From Peribolospora baueri (lineage: Eukaryota): a stretch of DNA of 64,000 bases. Each line of letters opens with the position of its first letter. The stretch's first letter is position 1. The translations under genes were made by a program, and so were the position numbers. The stretch is taken from positions 1 through 64,000 of the forward strand of contig JAMDHS010000064.1 of assembly GCA_029717555.1 (NCBI GenBank), in the 5' to 3' direction. This document shows positions 1-12,835 of the stretch, piece by piece. The notes below the pieces were generated by a model that ran no database searches, had not been told where the DNA came from, and was given only the letters and a program-made list of their open reading frames with translations.

Positions 1-271
1 TCCCCCTCGGGGGATCCGCCTGGGCTCTCGAGAGAGAACCCCCAGCCGTCGCTAGGAATCGCCCCGTTCGTCCGTCGCTAGATGGGTGGGGACGGGGCGA
101 GTCGATTGCGACGGCACACCCACCCCATTTCTTTTTTTTTTTTTCTTTTCGTCTCGCCTTCTTTTCAGAAATTCATGTCGAACCGTCGTACATAGCCCTC
201 CCGTTGGCGGCTGAGGAATGATAAATGTCTACTGGTATTCGTTTCCATGGTTCCCATGCGTCCCATACTTT

Positions 272-3200
272 CTACATGCGCCTTTGAAAAGAACTGTCTT
301 GCCCTACCCGCCCGATCTCCTTCCTGAGCTTCTCGCCCAAGCGCGAGTACTCCTCGAGGCATTCCGGGTTCTTGAGCGTAGCTAGGTTAAGCGAGGAAAT
401 CGAGGCGCCGTTGATAACTGCGGCGACGAACAAGAAAAGGTGAGGAATGGTCAGTCGGGCACCGCCTTCACCGAGGCTTGGAGAGTGGGCGAGAGAAGAG
501 GAAAGGAAACGCACGCTTCTTCACTGGCACCTCCACCTTCTTGCCGTTGATGGTGGCAGGCACGTCCCCGACCCTCTCGACGAACTTGGGCACGTGTCTC
601 GCGCTCCTCTCCTTGCGAATCAACATCTTGATCTCCCCGACCAGCTTCTCCCATCCAGCGTCGGTCATTCCAGAGAGCGCTCTCGATTTGAGCTGCAAGA
701 AGAGGACCACCACCTCGTCGTCCCCGGCGGGCGTCTTGAGCGCCACTACCAGCGAATCTTCCAAACTAGCCAGCGGCGAGGAAGCGTCGGCTGCGGCTGC
801 TTCGAGGAGTTCGTAGATCTCGGCTGAGCCGAAGCGGATCCCTCCAGGGTTCCTACAACGGCGTTGAAAGGATATAGGGTGAGAGGCGGAAAGACGGCCG
901 GTTCAGTGGCTGATGAGGAGGAACGTATTTCTCACAGGACACCGTCGGAACGACCCAGCATGACGACACCCCCGTTTTGCGTGATTGCGATGCTGTCGAA
1001 GGGGGAAAAACCATCGAGGGAGTGAACGTGCGGTCAGTGCCCGCGTCACGGAGAGTTTGCTCTCCCAAGATGGAAGGAGGTTCGAATTCTTCCACACAGC
1101 CAGCCGTCCAGGCTACTCACTGATCACCGTGATACCATACCCCAGGCACCTGCGAATAATACGACTCCCTGTACCTCTCTCCTTTCTCATCGCCCCAGAA
1201 CCCGAGTGGCTGGACAGGGAACGGCTTTGTGCAGACCAACTCTCCCTCTTTCCATTCGACTCCCTCCGGCGACGTGACCAGGGGAGCCGGTTTGCCTTCG
1301 TCGGTAAAGGCGTCGACGGCCATGCCCAGCGCCCTGCATTGGAGCTCGCCCGCGCGAACGGGCAGGGAGGCGTTGTGGGAGCAGAAGAGGGAGCAAATGT
1401 CTGTGCCTCCCGTTATGGAGCCGATGAGTATGCTGAAGGGGCGGGGAGACAAAAAGTGGTAAACTTGGTCAGGGTGCGGCGACCCCTCCTACATCCGAGA
1501 ACGTCGGGTAGAAAGAAACGCACTGTGGCGAGATCGCGTCCAGGATGAAGGGGTACAAGGTCGCCTTGAGGGGCGATCCAGTCGAGAGGATCTGAAAGGA
1601 GAAACGAGGGACAGAAAATTTCAACAACAAAACCGCCGCTGCCACCACCAAAAGTGTACAGAACTGACTCACTTGCCTAATCTTGTGCAAATCGTGCTTC
1701 TCCCCTGGCCTGTACCCGCTCCTCTCAACAGCGTCGAGAAACTTGGCGCTCGTGCCAAACACGGTCACACCGTGTCGCTCGGCAAGATCCCAGAGGACTG
1801 AGGGTGAGTTGAGCGGAGAGCCGTCGAAGAGGACGATAGTGCAGCTTTGGAAGAGGGCGGAAATGAGCCAGTTCCACTGCGAATACGGACGGATGAGTGA
1901 GACGACGGTCGGTGGGCAGACAAGGAGATATGTTGGCAAAACTTACCATCATCCATCTGGACCATACCAAAGACGCAGACACTAATCAGTGAGAAAGGTG
2001 TAAGACAAGAGCGTAGAAGCAAGGGATGCAGCTCACCCAGTGGTTGTAAAGTAAAACAGCACGTCGTTGGCGGTGAGGTCGCCATGTATCGCGTGTTCTT
2101 TGGCTGTTTGAAGGAGCATGCCACCGGCACGGTGGATGATGGGCTTTGGCTTGCCTGGGAATGGCCGGGAAAGGGACGAGTGCATTGGGAGGCTGCGCTG
2201 CAATCGTGGATAAGGAGATATAAGAGAGACTCACCGGTGGTGCCGCTGGAAAAGAGTATCCAGAGAGGATGGTCGAACTGTGTGGAATGGGAGGTGGACA
2301 AAACAGCGAACTGAGGACTTTGTTCCGACTAGTTATCACCTACCGCTTCTGAAGGCCAGCGAAAGCTAGACACTGAATGGATACGAGGCTCACTGGCGCC
2401 TGATAGAATTCGATCTCCTTCTCTCCATCGGCCTCGCCGCCCAAAAAGTCGTCCCAAGCGACCCAGTCGGCTTGCCATCCTTCTCTCTTCCCACCCTCCG
2501 TCTCCTCGCCCAGCATCGGCATCACCACAATCTTCAAAGGCTTTGCACCCGCCTTCTTCAGGCCCTTCTCTACCTCGGCCAACTTGCCCACATGCGTCCA
2601 CTCCTTGCCATTGTACCGCACCTTTTCGCTTCCAAACACCACCTTGGGCCTGATCTGCGAGAAGCGCTCCAATACTCCGGCGGGACCAAAGTCGGCCGCG
2701 GCGGAGGACCAAATAGCGCCCAGAGAGGAGGTGGCAAGGAAAGCGACCAGGTTGGAGGCGCAGTTGGACGTGTACGAGGCTACGACGTCGTGCGGGCCAA
2801 TGCCGAGTGAGCGGAGAGAGCGAGCGGCGCGGGAGACGAGGGAGTAGAGCTGGGCGTAGGTGATGGAGCGCTCCCAAGGCAGTGGCTTGGCGCCATGGGG
2901 GCTGAGATGCTGGTCAGATCGAGAGAACGATCCGCCGGCAGCATCCGAGCTTGCGAAGGGGGTGGTGGATTCGACGCTTTCGATGACGGCGACCTTGTCC
3001 GGCGAACGACAGCGGAGGAGGTTCTCGGCGAAGTTGAGACGGGCGCCCAGGAACCAGCTTGGCAAGTCGGAGGGCAGAGCGGTTGGAGGGTCGAGCACCT
3101 GGAAGCGGAGGCAAGAGTGCGGTGGTGAGCACATACCAGGCTGTCCCACTGCCCTCGCCTCGGGTCTGGGGAAGGCGCTCGGAACAGCTGACAGCTAACA

Positions 3201-3455
3201 GCCGACAGAAGGACGGGCTCCCTCTCTCACCTTGTCCCATTTCCTCGAGCTCAGGACATCTACCTCTCCCCACACCTCTTCCCAAAACTCTTCCACATGC
3301 TCGCAGCTCCACTTCCAAAGAGCGTCGTAGTCGTTGAGCTCGACGGTTTTCTTCTGTGCGACCTTGCGCCGGAAAGCGTCGATTCGCGTGCGCTCGGGGT
3401 GGGGAGGGGTGTAGACGAGTCGGCCTTGGAGAGGCGAGGAGTCGGCGGAGGACAT
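272..3455 (-). CDS. Acetoacetyl-CoA synthetase (acetoacetate-CoA ligase), multi-exon
   Basis: Spliced exons give YDALWKWS..EEFWEEVW, WFLGARLNFAENLL, LGAIWSSAAADFG, FDHPLWILFSSGTTGKPKPIIH (AMP-binding loop), TTTGWMMWNWL, GSITGGTDICS, VWYHGD, GRSDGVLNPGGIRFGSAEIY and SARHVP..T.NGKKVEVPVK. GT-AG introns join them in frame. Confidence 0.93.
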
Positions 3456-4563
3456 GTTGAGGTCTGAGTCGGGCGGAGGAAAGTGTCGTTTGGGTGTTTA
3501 ATCGTGGATGGAGAGACGAAGAGTGGTCGGGCGATGGCATGGGGACCGGAAGGAGCGGATGCGGGGTAAGACGGGGAGGACGCCGAGCCAGGCGCTCTCC
3601 GCTCCGGTCCGCCGACCTTCAACAGAACAGGCCAGCGTTTTGTGGAATCCGTTTCCTCTCTCATTTGCCCTGACCGCTGTCACCGATGGCTTACATCCAA
3701 CTACGAGTTACAAAATGCGAAGATATACACGCATGGACCCGCCAGCTCAGCGCAAGGCGAGGTCAAATTCAACGTAGCCAGCAATCCGTGCCCAAAGCCA
3801 GAATGACAAACAGCGTCCATCCAACTCGACGGACTGGATCTCACAAACAAGAGGAGTCAAAGGTAGGCTGAGAGTGAGAGGACTCGCGAAACACACACGC
3901 ACGTTCGAACCTGGATGGGCCTATGCAGACAGGAAAGCGGGAACGAGCAGGTCAGCGTCTGCCGGCTCGCGCAACAGCAACGCCCGAGAGGGCTCTCCAT
4001 GAAAAAAATAACACGACAACAAAGGCAGGCAGGCACCGCAAAGCGATGGGTGTTGGGGCATCAGATCGGTTACAAGTGTTGTCGGCTCGGTCCAAAGGAG
4101 AAGGATGGACTCGCGAGTAGCGATTCTGAATTGTTTGTGAGATCATCCTTTCACGCCGCCCAGCCCGCACGCATGCGCTCGAAATGAGGGCTGGCAAACG
4201 ACGACCCTGTCTGGTCGACGACGGCAGACGGCACTCACCGAAGAGGTTGATGGTGTGCGTAACATGACCTCGTCTCGTCTTTTCTCGCTGGGAGGAGGGG
4301 ACGACGCGGACGAACCGCTGCTGCGGCAATCTCGCCGATTTCGCCAAGCCCGGGGACGCCGAGTGCGTGCGACGGTCAACAACGAGACAACGACCTCTCT
4401 CTTTCCCTCTAGATCTCGACATCTTTCCATGACATAGCTTCGATTCTTTTTCACCTTCTCACTTTCACCCTCCCCTTCAAGACACGGCGCACCTCTGCGT
4501 GCGGTCTCTCGATTCCGGCGCTCGGCTCGTGCGCGCTCGAACAACGACGGACGTGATCGAGCC

Positions 4564-4586
4564 GAGACGAGACGAGACGAGACGAG
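4564..4586. repeat. (GAGAC)n pentanucleotide microsatellite upstream of the 4629 ATG
   Basis: gagacgagacgagacgagacgag is directly visible. Confidence 0.85.
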
Positions 4587-4628
4587 GGACAGACAGCGTA
4601 AGACGGAAACGAACGACGGACGTCGAGG

Positions 4629-5561
4629 ATGGGTCGCCCGCTTCTATTGTCGAAATGGGATGCGCGGGACAATAACAGTGGTGAGCCATCGTCCTTCGAA
4701 CCATGTTGTGGCGGTTTTATACGGCTGCTGGGCACAGCTGATCTCGGTCGTGCCGCTCTCCAGACTCCTCATCCTCGCCGCCGTCCGACTCGACGGTCCG
4801 GCCCACAAGCTCGACCTCGGCGAGCGATATCACTCCCTCTCCCTCTACTTCCACCCGCTCGGGCGCCGCTTCGTCGTCCGCCTCCCTCACCGCCCTCAGC
4901 GCTTCTCATCCAGAGCGCCTGCACACGCTCCGCGAGTCGGTCCACACGCGCATCGACAACCTGGCCGCCGCGATCGACCGGCTGCGCTCGCACACCGACG
5001 CCCTCGAACGCAGCTTCACCGAGTCGACCGCCGAGGACGTCCGGAACGTGGCCGACAGCATCGAGCGACTGAGGACTCAGGCCAACGCGCTCGACAGGAG
5101 CCTCAACAGGGCTGCCGACGCCGTCAGGTCGACGCCTCCGAGGCCGAGGACTATCTTCGCTTATTCAAATTCTCAGAGGCTCGGTCAGAGCAGCGATAGG
5201 GACGTGGAGAGGCAGAGAGACTGGGAGACAAGGGCGAGCGCGCCCATCGACGCCGGCGAGCGCAGGGGCGCCGCCGCAGAGCACGGCATCACTGTCAACA
5301 TTCCCGTCTCTTCTGCCAGCGCGCCACGCACCTCTTTCGCCCAAAGGTCGTCCACCACCGTCGACACCGTCCTCTCGCGTGCCCAAGCCTCCCCTGCCGA
5401 ACCGACGACGCGCACGCGCACGACCGACTCCACCTCCGACAACCTCGCCGAGCTTTTCTCCCCTGAGCGAGAGGCATGGCGAGCGAGCATCGCCAGACGA
5501 GTGCGTCAGCGCTCTCACGCTTCTTTCTCCCTCCCCTCCCCCGCGCCCGGACCCTCTAGTA

Positions 5562-5592
<31 letters not shown>

Positions 5593-8500
5593 CACAGCTG
5601 TCTCAAATAGCCCGTATGACCCGAATGATCTGACTCTCAGAGCGGCGACCCGACGTGCGTTCATCCTCGAAGAACTCCGACCCTCGCGTTCATCCGCGCG
5701 TGGCGAGAACCTAGACTTGTCGCCCGCTGAGCGACGGAGGAGGGAGGACCTGATCGCTCAGATGGAGTACCTCCTCGCCCATCCTGACGCTCGTCCGCAC
5801 GGTCGGGTGAGGGAGATGGACGTCGTGCAGAGGAGGACGCTCGACATCGTGCGGGCAAACCCTGGCATGAGCTTGGAGGTCATCGAGGCCGAATTTCAGA
5901 GCACGTTTTTGGATCGGCCTTCTTCGACGGGAACGGGGTGGAGGGCGAGCTCTGAGCTGTCTCGCGCAGCCGCCGCCAGTGGTGGGAGCGATGGCGATTT
6001 GGAAGGCTTCATGCCGATTTTGGTCGCTGACCCCGAGCAGCATAGCTTGGAAGGGGAGGCGCTTCGTGAACCGAGTCAAGCTGAGCAAGCCGATCCCCAT
6101 CCCTCTTCTCCCGGCGCGGATGGTACGGATCAACTGGATATGACGATGGCGGCGGCGACGAGGGACGGTTCCGAGATGGAGCCGCTCTTGCCTTCCCCGT
6201 CGTCGACTCCCTCCTCACCGCTTCGAGTGTCTTCTTCGGAACGTTTCCGCGAAGCACGCGCCGCTGCGGGACGCAGTCTGCCCTCTGCGTCCTCCTTCTC
6301 CTCCCCCGTCGGCGCCGGATCGGTTTCCTCGCACCACCACCACCACCATCATCATCAACACGCTCATCCTCATTTCCGCTCGCCTAGCAGCGGGGCTAGC
6401 CCGCTCCGACGTAGCGTCGGCCTGCGGAGCGTCAGCGGAAGGGTAGCCGCAGGCCAAGGAGGGGCCGCCAACGTCGAAGGAACGGAGAACTTTGGGTTCA
6501 CCCGCCCGTCCTCACCCGGCCTTCCCCTTTCTCCTTCCCTTTCCCCTGCCTCTTCCCCGCCCTCCTTGTCCGTCTCACGCGCTCATACTCGTACCGCCGT
6601 CACGAGGCTCGAAGCATTGCTGGGTCGGCTGGACGCCGCCGTGGAACGGCATTTCAGTCGGAACGAGGAAGCGCCTTCATCGCAGGCTGGCTCCGGGCGC
6701 GCTTCTCTTTCGGATGACGCGGGCACGGGCTCGACAGAAGGAGCAGAAGGAGCAGGCTCAGGACCAGGGGCTGATCGATCGTCGCCAGTGGCGCCGTCTT
6801 CTCCCAGCGCCGACGCGAGCGTAATCGTAAGCACCATTACCACCAGCGGCGTTGGCGGCGGCGCCGGCAATCACCTGCGCAGCCGAAGTCGAAGCCCTAC
6901 GCGAGCACTTGGGGAACCTGCGGCTTGGTACCGCGCTCGGCTACACGAGCTGCAGCAGAGCCACGCGAGGGCGGAATTGGAATTGGAGAGCGGGATGGCT
7001 GGGCCGGAGATGGGTATTGATAGGACGCGCTCGCCGTCTACATCTCATCCTCCTACATCTACTGGAGACGCGGGGGAGAGCCGTCGGTCACTTTCTCAAC
7101 CTCGACCAAGCGGCGTCTCTTCATCCTCTGCGGAACATGCTCATGAAGAGAGGGAGGGCCTGAGGGCCGGCGAGTGGGCTGGCTGGGTCGCTGGCGGGGG
7201 TGTCGAGAGGGCCCAGAGGGCCTCACGGAATGTAGTGGAGAGGGGTGTGGGTGGTGGGGAGGTCGAGACGGAGCGCGACGACGATGGGGAAAGTGAGGGC
7301 GAGACCGAGCGACCACAAGAGACTGGCGAGCGACCTCAAGAGACTAGCGAGCGACAGGAGGACTTTGGCTCGCCCAACAGCTCTTTCACCCCTTTCTCCG
7401 GTGATGATCGCCTTCCGAGCTCGAGCTCGGGCGCGGCGGCGTCCGGCGTCGGGACGGACTTGGATGACGGCCCTTTAGTCCCAACCGCTTTCGCTCCCAG
7501 CTCCGTCTCCGTACATCGGACGCGCGCTCCGGAAGGACGTTTTCGGCCGACGGACTCTCAGACCGTGTCTCCTTCCACTCCGTCTCTTTCCCCTGCCGTT
7601 TCGCGGGGCCCGTCCGCGTCCGCCGCGACTCAGCAGACGGAGAGGGCGGGCACAGACTCGTCGGGCGTCGGCCACGTGGAGAGGGAAAGGCAGAGCGTAG
7701 AGAGGACGATGGGGGTGGGGGAAACGGACGGTTCCGCTGCCGCCGCCGCTGCTGCTGCTCTCACGACGACGGGTCGCCGAGTGGCCCGGCGAGAAGGCGG
7801 CGGCGCCGATGATGCAGGCAACGGCCGCCAGGACGGGACGAGCGGCGGCGGAGGTCGCGCGCCTTTAGGCATTCGAGCTCGACTCGTCGCGCAGGAGCAC
7901 ATGGCCGCTGCCGTTCGTGCTGCGGCCGCCGTCGGCAGTCCGCCGTCGTCTTCCTCTTCGACAACTGCCTCTTCGACGTCGATGTCGATGGACGGGTTGA
8001 TCACTCCGCCGTCCGAGACGACGGGCAGCAGCGCCGGCGATGCGATCGTATATCGCCCTCTGGCCATCCGTCAAGGTCCACGAGGTCTCCCTTTTGCCCG
8101 TCCAGGGGAGGAGAGCGAGAGCGGGCCCGGGTTGGGCGGAGGTCGTGCCGCGCCGCAGCCCGCTCGGGAGGAGAGTAGATACACCAGCGTGCCCCATGGG
8201 CCTGGCCAAACGCGCGGAGCGGGCCGGGGCGGTGGTACGGATGAGGGTGGGGAGGACGAGGGCGAACCGGGATTGTCGTCCAGGCCGTCGCGGTCCGCCA
8301 CCGGCGACGGCAGCAGCAGCAGCGGCGGCGTGGAGGTATCGTCGAGCCCGGACTCGGACACGGGTTGGGAGAGCCTGGATCGTCGACCAGGCGGGTTGCG
8401 AGCGAGGCTGCACGCTGGGAGCAGGAGGTGGGTGTGGGTGGATGCGAACGGGGATGTGGTGGAGGAGGTAGACGAGGAAAGGGAGGTGGTGGATGGAGAG

Positions 8501-9601
8501 AGCGGGGCGGGTGGGGCGGCGGCAGGCTCTGCATCGTCGCCTGGGAGGGACGCGGGAGCGGGGATGCGGAGGAGGAGGAGGCAGTCGACGGTGAACGGGC
8601 ATTCCCTGGAGAACGTCGTCGCGGTCCGCGAGAGAAGGAGGAGGAGAGTGCTCGTCGTCGAGCCTGGGCACCCGTTGTGGAGGACCGGTTCGTCGACGAA
8701 CTCTGTCTCGGCCTCGGCCTCTGTCGCTGCGATGGTTCGAGACGCGGCTGCGGCTGCGACTGCGACTTCGACTGCGACTTCGACTGCGACTGCGACTGCG
8801 GGTGCGACAGCGTCGACGCGGCCTCGGCGGTCGAGCCTGGCGGAATACCTGAACGAGCATCTTCGTCGGGCGATGATGATGGCGCGCTCGGGCGGCGCGG
8901 GAGATGGGATGGAGCGAAGCGACAACGAGGAAGTGAGCGCAGATGGGGATGGAGAGGCGGACGAGGGCGCTGAAGGAGCGAGGGTCTCGTCGGGTACAGA
9001 GGGGAGGGATCCGAACGGCGGTGACGAGGAGGACGGGTGGGAGGGGGAGAGGCAGGAGGAGGAAAAGGAAGAGGAGGAGTACGACAAACCGCCATTCGCC
9101 TTCCCTCCCCCTCCACCGTCGTTCTTGCCCGCCTCGTCCGCCTCGACGTTGGCCCTCGATTCGCCTTGGACTTCGCCGCGGTCGCGACCTTTGGCGCTGT
9201 CCGCCTTGTCCTCCTCGTCCCTCTCGGCGACCCTTTTCGCCTCGGCTTCGGCTTCGGCCTCCTCGTCTTCCTTTTCATCTTTGTCTTCGTCTTCTTTGGC
9301 CACTGGACCCCTCCAGGCAGGCTCGACGATGTCGGTCGGTGCGGCGCCATATCCGACAAGTCTTCCTACGACGTCGCCCGCTCTTCGCACCACGCGTCTA
9401 CGACGTCCTGGTGCGGGCGTTGTAGGCAGACATGCACACGGACATGCACACGGACACGGACATGGACATGGACATGGACATGGGGCCACCGCCACCGGCA
9501 TCCTTCGCGGTCGCTCTTCTGGACCAGAAGGGATGGCTTCGGCGAGAGGGGAAGGAGGGTGGCGGGCGGAGAGGAGCGGAGGGGCTTTGGTGGGTAGGTG
9601 A
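4629..9601 (+). CDS. Large low-complexity, probably disordered protein (about 1629 aa) of unknown function
   Basis: Exon 1 is 4629-4680 (MGRPLLLSKWDARDNNS). The intron 4681-4763 runs GTGAGC..GCTGAT..CTCCAG. Exon 2 (4764-9601) is in frame with the 1517-aa ORF. It has an N-terminal coiled-coil-like stretch and Ser/Gly/Arg/Glu/His-rich tracts. Confidence 0.8.
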
Positions 9602-10480
9602 ATGGGTTTCCCGTTAGGCCTCGGGCTTGAGGCGTAGGCAGACCATCTTGCCGCCCTCGTTTGTGTCTTTCAGCAGATGTGCCGTCTGTCTGTCCATCCA
9701 TGCATCATCCACCCATGTATCATCCATCCATCCACGATCGTTCACCCACCGCCCCATCCCCCACCCTCGCTCGCATGATACCCCTCCTTCTCCCCTCCCG
9801 TCCTTTGTTTCTTTGTTTCTTTGTTTCTTTCCTTCCTTCCATCCTTCCTCTCCTCTACCGGCTCGACCGTCCTTGTCCCTCCATCCCGTCCGTCATCGCC
9901 AGCGACACGGACCTGAGGCAAGCGAGGTTCTTTCACGCTCTCTTTGCTTGCTCGCCGACACAAGCACGTCGTCGATCACGTCGATCCGCGCTAAGCAGTA
10001 AGAAAAGAAAACAAATGGACGCGCGACCAAATTGTAATGCGGCTCTGTAATGCGAATAGAGCCGCCGCGTCCGGCACGAGCCCGGTGGCGCCGGCCGGCC
10101 GTCCCAGTTGTAATTGTCGCTAAGGGGACATTACAACCGGCGCTAACCAGCCGACGCGGCGGTGCTGCGGCAGTTTGTGTCCTCTCGGGGGCGCCGGTGG
10201 TCGACGTCGACTTTGTCCCTTCATCCTCGTCTTCATCGCCATCGCCATCACCATCACCATTCACGCTCCTTCCTCACCCTCTTTTTTTACCCACTCACTC
10301 ACCTCCGGAATAGCCCCCCGACCCCTCTACGCCAGGCGCGCTTGAGACAGACAGGCCCACCGGACCAAAGGCGAGAGACACGCACCCTCGCATCGCCCTT
10401 GCCGACGACGATAGATACACCAGGACAAGGCCAGACCAGACCCAAATCTCACGACCCTTTTTACCCACCTCGCCTATACC

Positions 10481-11580
10481 ATGATCAACCTCGCCCTCGT
10501 CGTCGCCGCCGCCCTGTCGGCGCTGCCCTCCATTTCCCTCGCCCAGTCCTCCGCCCCCTCGTCACTCATTCCGAGCACCGGCGTCTCCCAAGGCTGCACC
10601 ACCTTCCTTGAGAATCTCAACTCGGACCCGGCCATCTCTCAATGCACTGCCCCCCTCCTCGAGGCCGTCTCCTACTACACCAACGCCTCCTCCTCGGCCT
10701 CCTCCACCGGCTCCGTCGCCGCCTCCACCAACAACGAGCTCGACACCTCCTTGGGCCAGCTATGCGGCTCCAACTCGGACGCGTGCGATGACGGCATGGT
10801 CCGCCAGCGCCTCACCTACTTCTACGGCAATTGCTCCGACGAGCTTAGGGGAAACAACTCGGCCGTCGTTAGCGCTTATGACGTCCTCTACGTCCTCAAC
10901 CCCTTCAGGAGCGCTGTCTGCTCCAAGGACACCAACGGCCAGTATTGTGTCATGTGAGTGCCCAGCCGACGCATTTTGCCGGCCGTCCGTGTCTCATCCC
11001 TTCTGTTCACCCGTCCGTCAGGAACATCACCAAGGCGACGGCGCCCAACAACGGCAAGCGCTCTGTTCTCCCCACCGGCCCTCTTTCCATCCCCGGCGAG
11101 CCTCTCCCACTCTACTCTAACTCCCTCGCCGCCCGACAAGCCGCCTCCAATAACAACAACGGCCTCCCCACGACCAACGTCTCCACCGTCGCCGCCCAAA
11201 AGCCGAACTCGGCCCAGTTCCGCTCCTCCAACCTCGCCTTTCTCTTCATGCAACCGACCGACAACACCGACGTCCTCTGCACCAGCTGCTCGCAGGCCAT
11301 CATGGCCGCGTACATCTCCTTCGAGGTGTCCGTGCCGTACGCTGTCGGGCTCAGCCAGTCTGGTATTTTGGGAGGTCAAAGCGACCTGTACAAGGGCATG
11401 AAGGCGCAGTGCGGTAGCGCATGGCTTCAGGGCGTCAGCAACCTCGCCGGCGTACAGGTTCTCAGCCCGCCCAACGCCGCGCCGTCCCCGTTCCATCTCC
11501 GTTTCACCGACGCCGCCGTTGTCAGCGCCGTTGCCGCGGTCGTGGGCGCCGTTGCGCTTGCGCCGTCTTTCGGGCTCTGA
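10481..11580 (+). CDS. Secreted Cys-rich, probably GPI-anchored protein of unknown function
   Basis: Signal peptide MINLALVVAAALSALPSISLA, 10 Cys in a helical-looking domain, and a hydrophobic C-terminus AAVVSAVAAVVGAVALAPSFGL. One intron, 10954-11021 (GTGAGT..TCAG), keeps the frame. Strong C-ending codon bias. Confidence 0.85.
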
Positions 11581-12059
11581 AGGAAGGGGAACGGGGAGGT
11601 GGTCCGGCTTGGGACGGGTGGCGGGTGACATGAGCGGGGATGGAGAGGGGAGGGTCAGGAAACTGGACGTGGAGGTAGAAAGCCGCGCTCGCGCCGGCCA
11701 CACCTCCGTGCTTTCCACCGTCGCCGTTGCCTCCCATCGCATCAGACGCTGTGGTCCAACCCACCGTCGTCGATCGACGACCCACTATACCCCTTACGCC
11801 TTCTTTTACCTTTCCCTTCTCTTTTCTCCTCTTCTCGTCTGCCCCTCCTTCTTCGCTTCGCTGCTCGTCATTTGCGCTTCGACGCGTCCGCCAGCTCGGA
11901 CGGTCGTCTCCCTACCTCCCTTCCCTTCCCTAGCCCGCCTGCCCGCCCTTGCTTGCTGAGTGCGCGAGCCGGGTAGGGTAGAGCGAGCGAGCGAGCGAGC
12001 GATGCTGGCTGCCGTTTTTTTTCCCTCCCGATCGCACTTTCATTTCCTTGGGGAACGCG

Positions 12060-12182
12060 CGCTCTCCCTCTCTCGCTGAGCTCTGTTTGGTCGTCTCTCT
12101 TTCTTTCCTTGTCTCTCTGTCTCTGTCTCTCTCTGTGTCTCTCCCTCTCTGTGGATGTGTCCGTCCGAGTGTCTCTCTGTGT
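12060..12182. repeat. Degenerate CT/GTCT microsatellite
   Basis: Runs such as gtctctctgtctctgtctctctctgtgtctctccctctctgt downstream of the GPI-protein gene. Confidence 0.7.
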
Positions 12183-12526
12183 CAAGGTTCGCGTCGCGTC
12201 GCATTCGTGTTCGGTCGGACGACCGCGTCGGCTCGAGTTTCTACTACCCACCCTAGTTCTCTAATCGTGCCGCGAAATGGAAGACAAAGCTCTGCGAGTT
12301 TTTTTTTCCTTTTTTTTTCTCGATGGCGCTGACCCGCGGCTGCATGGGCGCCTCTTGAGGATCGAGGAGAGAAGTAGCGATCGGCAGCGGGATGGGAGGG
12401 CCGCCCGTCTCTCCGGCATGCGTGTCTTCCCCAAATGCCAGCGATCTTTGCGGTAAGCGAATGAGATGGATGGCCGTTAAGATCGATCGGATTTTCCGGT
12501 TAGGGAGGGCGCCTCCGCAGCATCGT

Positions 12527-12530
<4 letters not shown>

Positions 12531-12558
<28 letters not shown>

Positions 12559-12624
12559 CGCGTAGAGACTACTACTATCTTACAGTAGAAGACTCCATCC
12601 AAGGGGGGGGAAGGGGGGAGGGGG
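12531..12624. repeat. T28 homopolymer followed by a G8-G6-G5 tract
   Basis: T run at 12531-12558 and G runs at 12603-12624, between convergent genes. Confidence 0.85.
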
Positions 12625-12835
12625 TATGACACACTCGCTCACTTTGCTCGCCGCGGGCGGAACGGCGACCCAGCGGTTCTCCGCCGCCCGCGTTCGACAT
12701 CTGCTCACTCACTGTTTTTTCTTCTTTTTTCCCTTCCATCCCTCCACGCTTCCTGAGGACGCCCAGGAACCTTCGCTGCGCTGCGCCGCTTGATCAGGGC
12801 GCGTGAGACCAGCGACGTAGGACTTCGATGAACTA

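Noticed and set aside
7865..9501. Long antisense ORFs of 331, 452 and 476 aa
   Set aside because: They are shadows of the GC-rich, repetitive plus-strand CDS and carry no domain signal.
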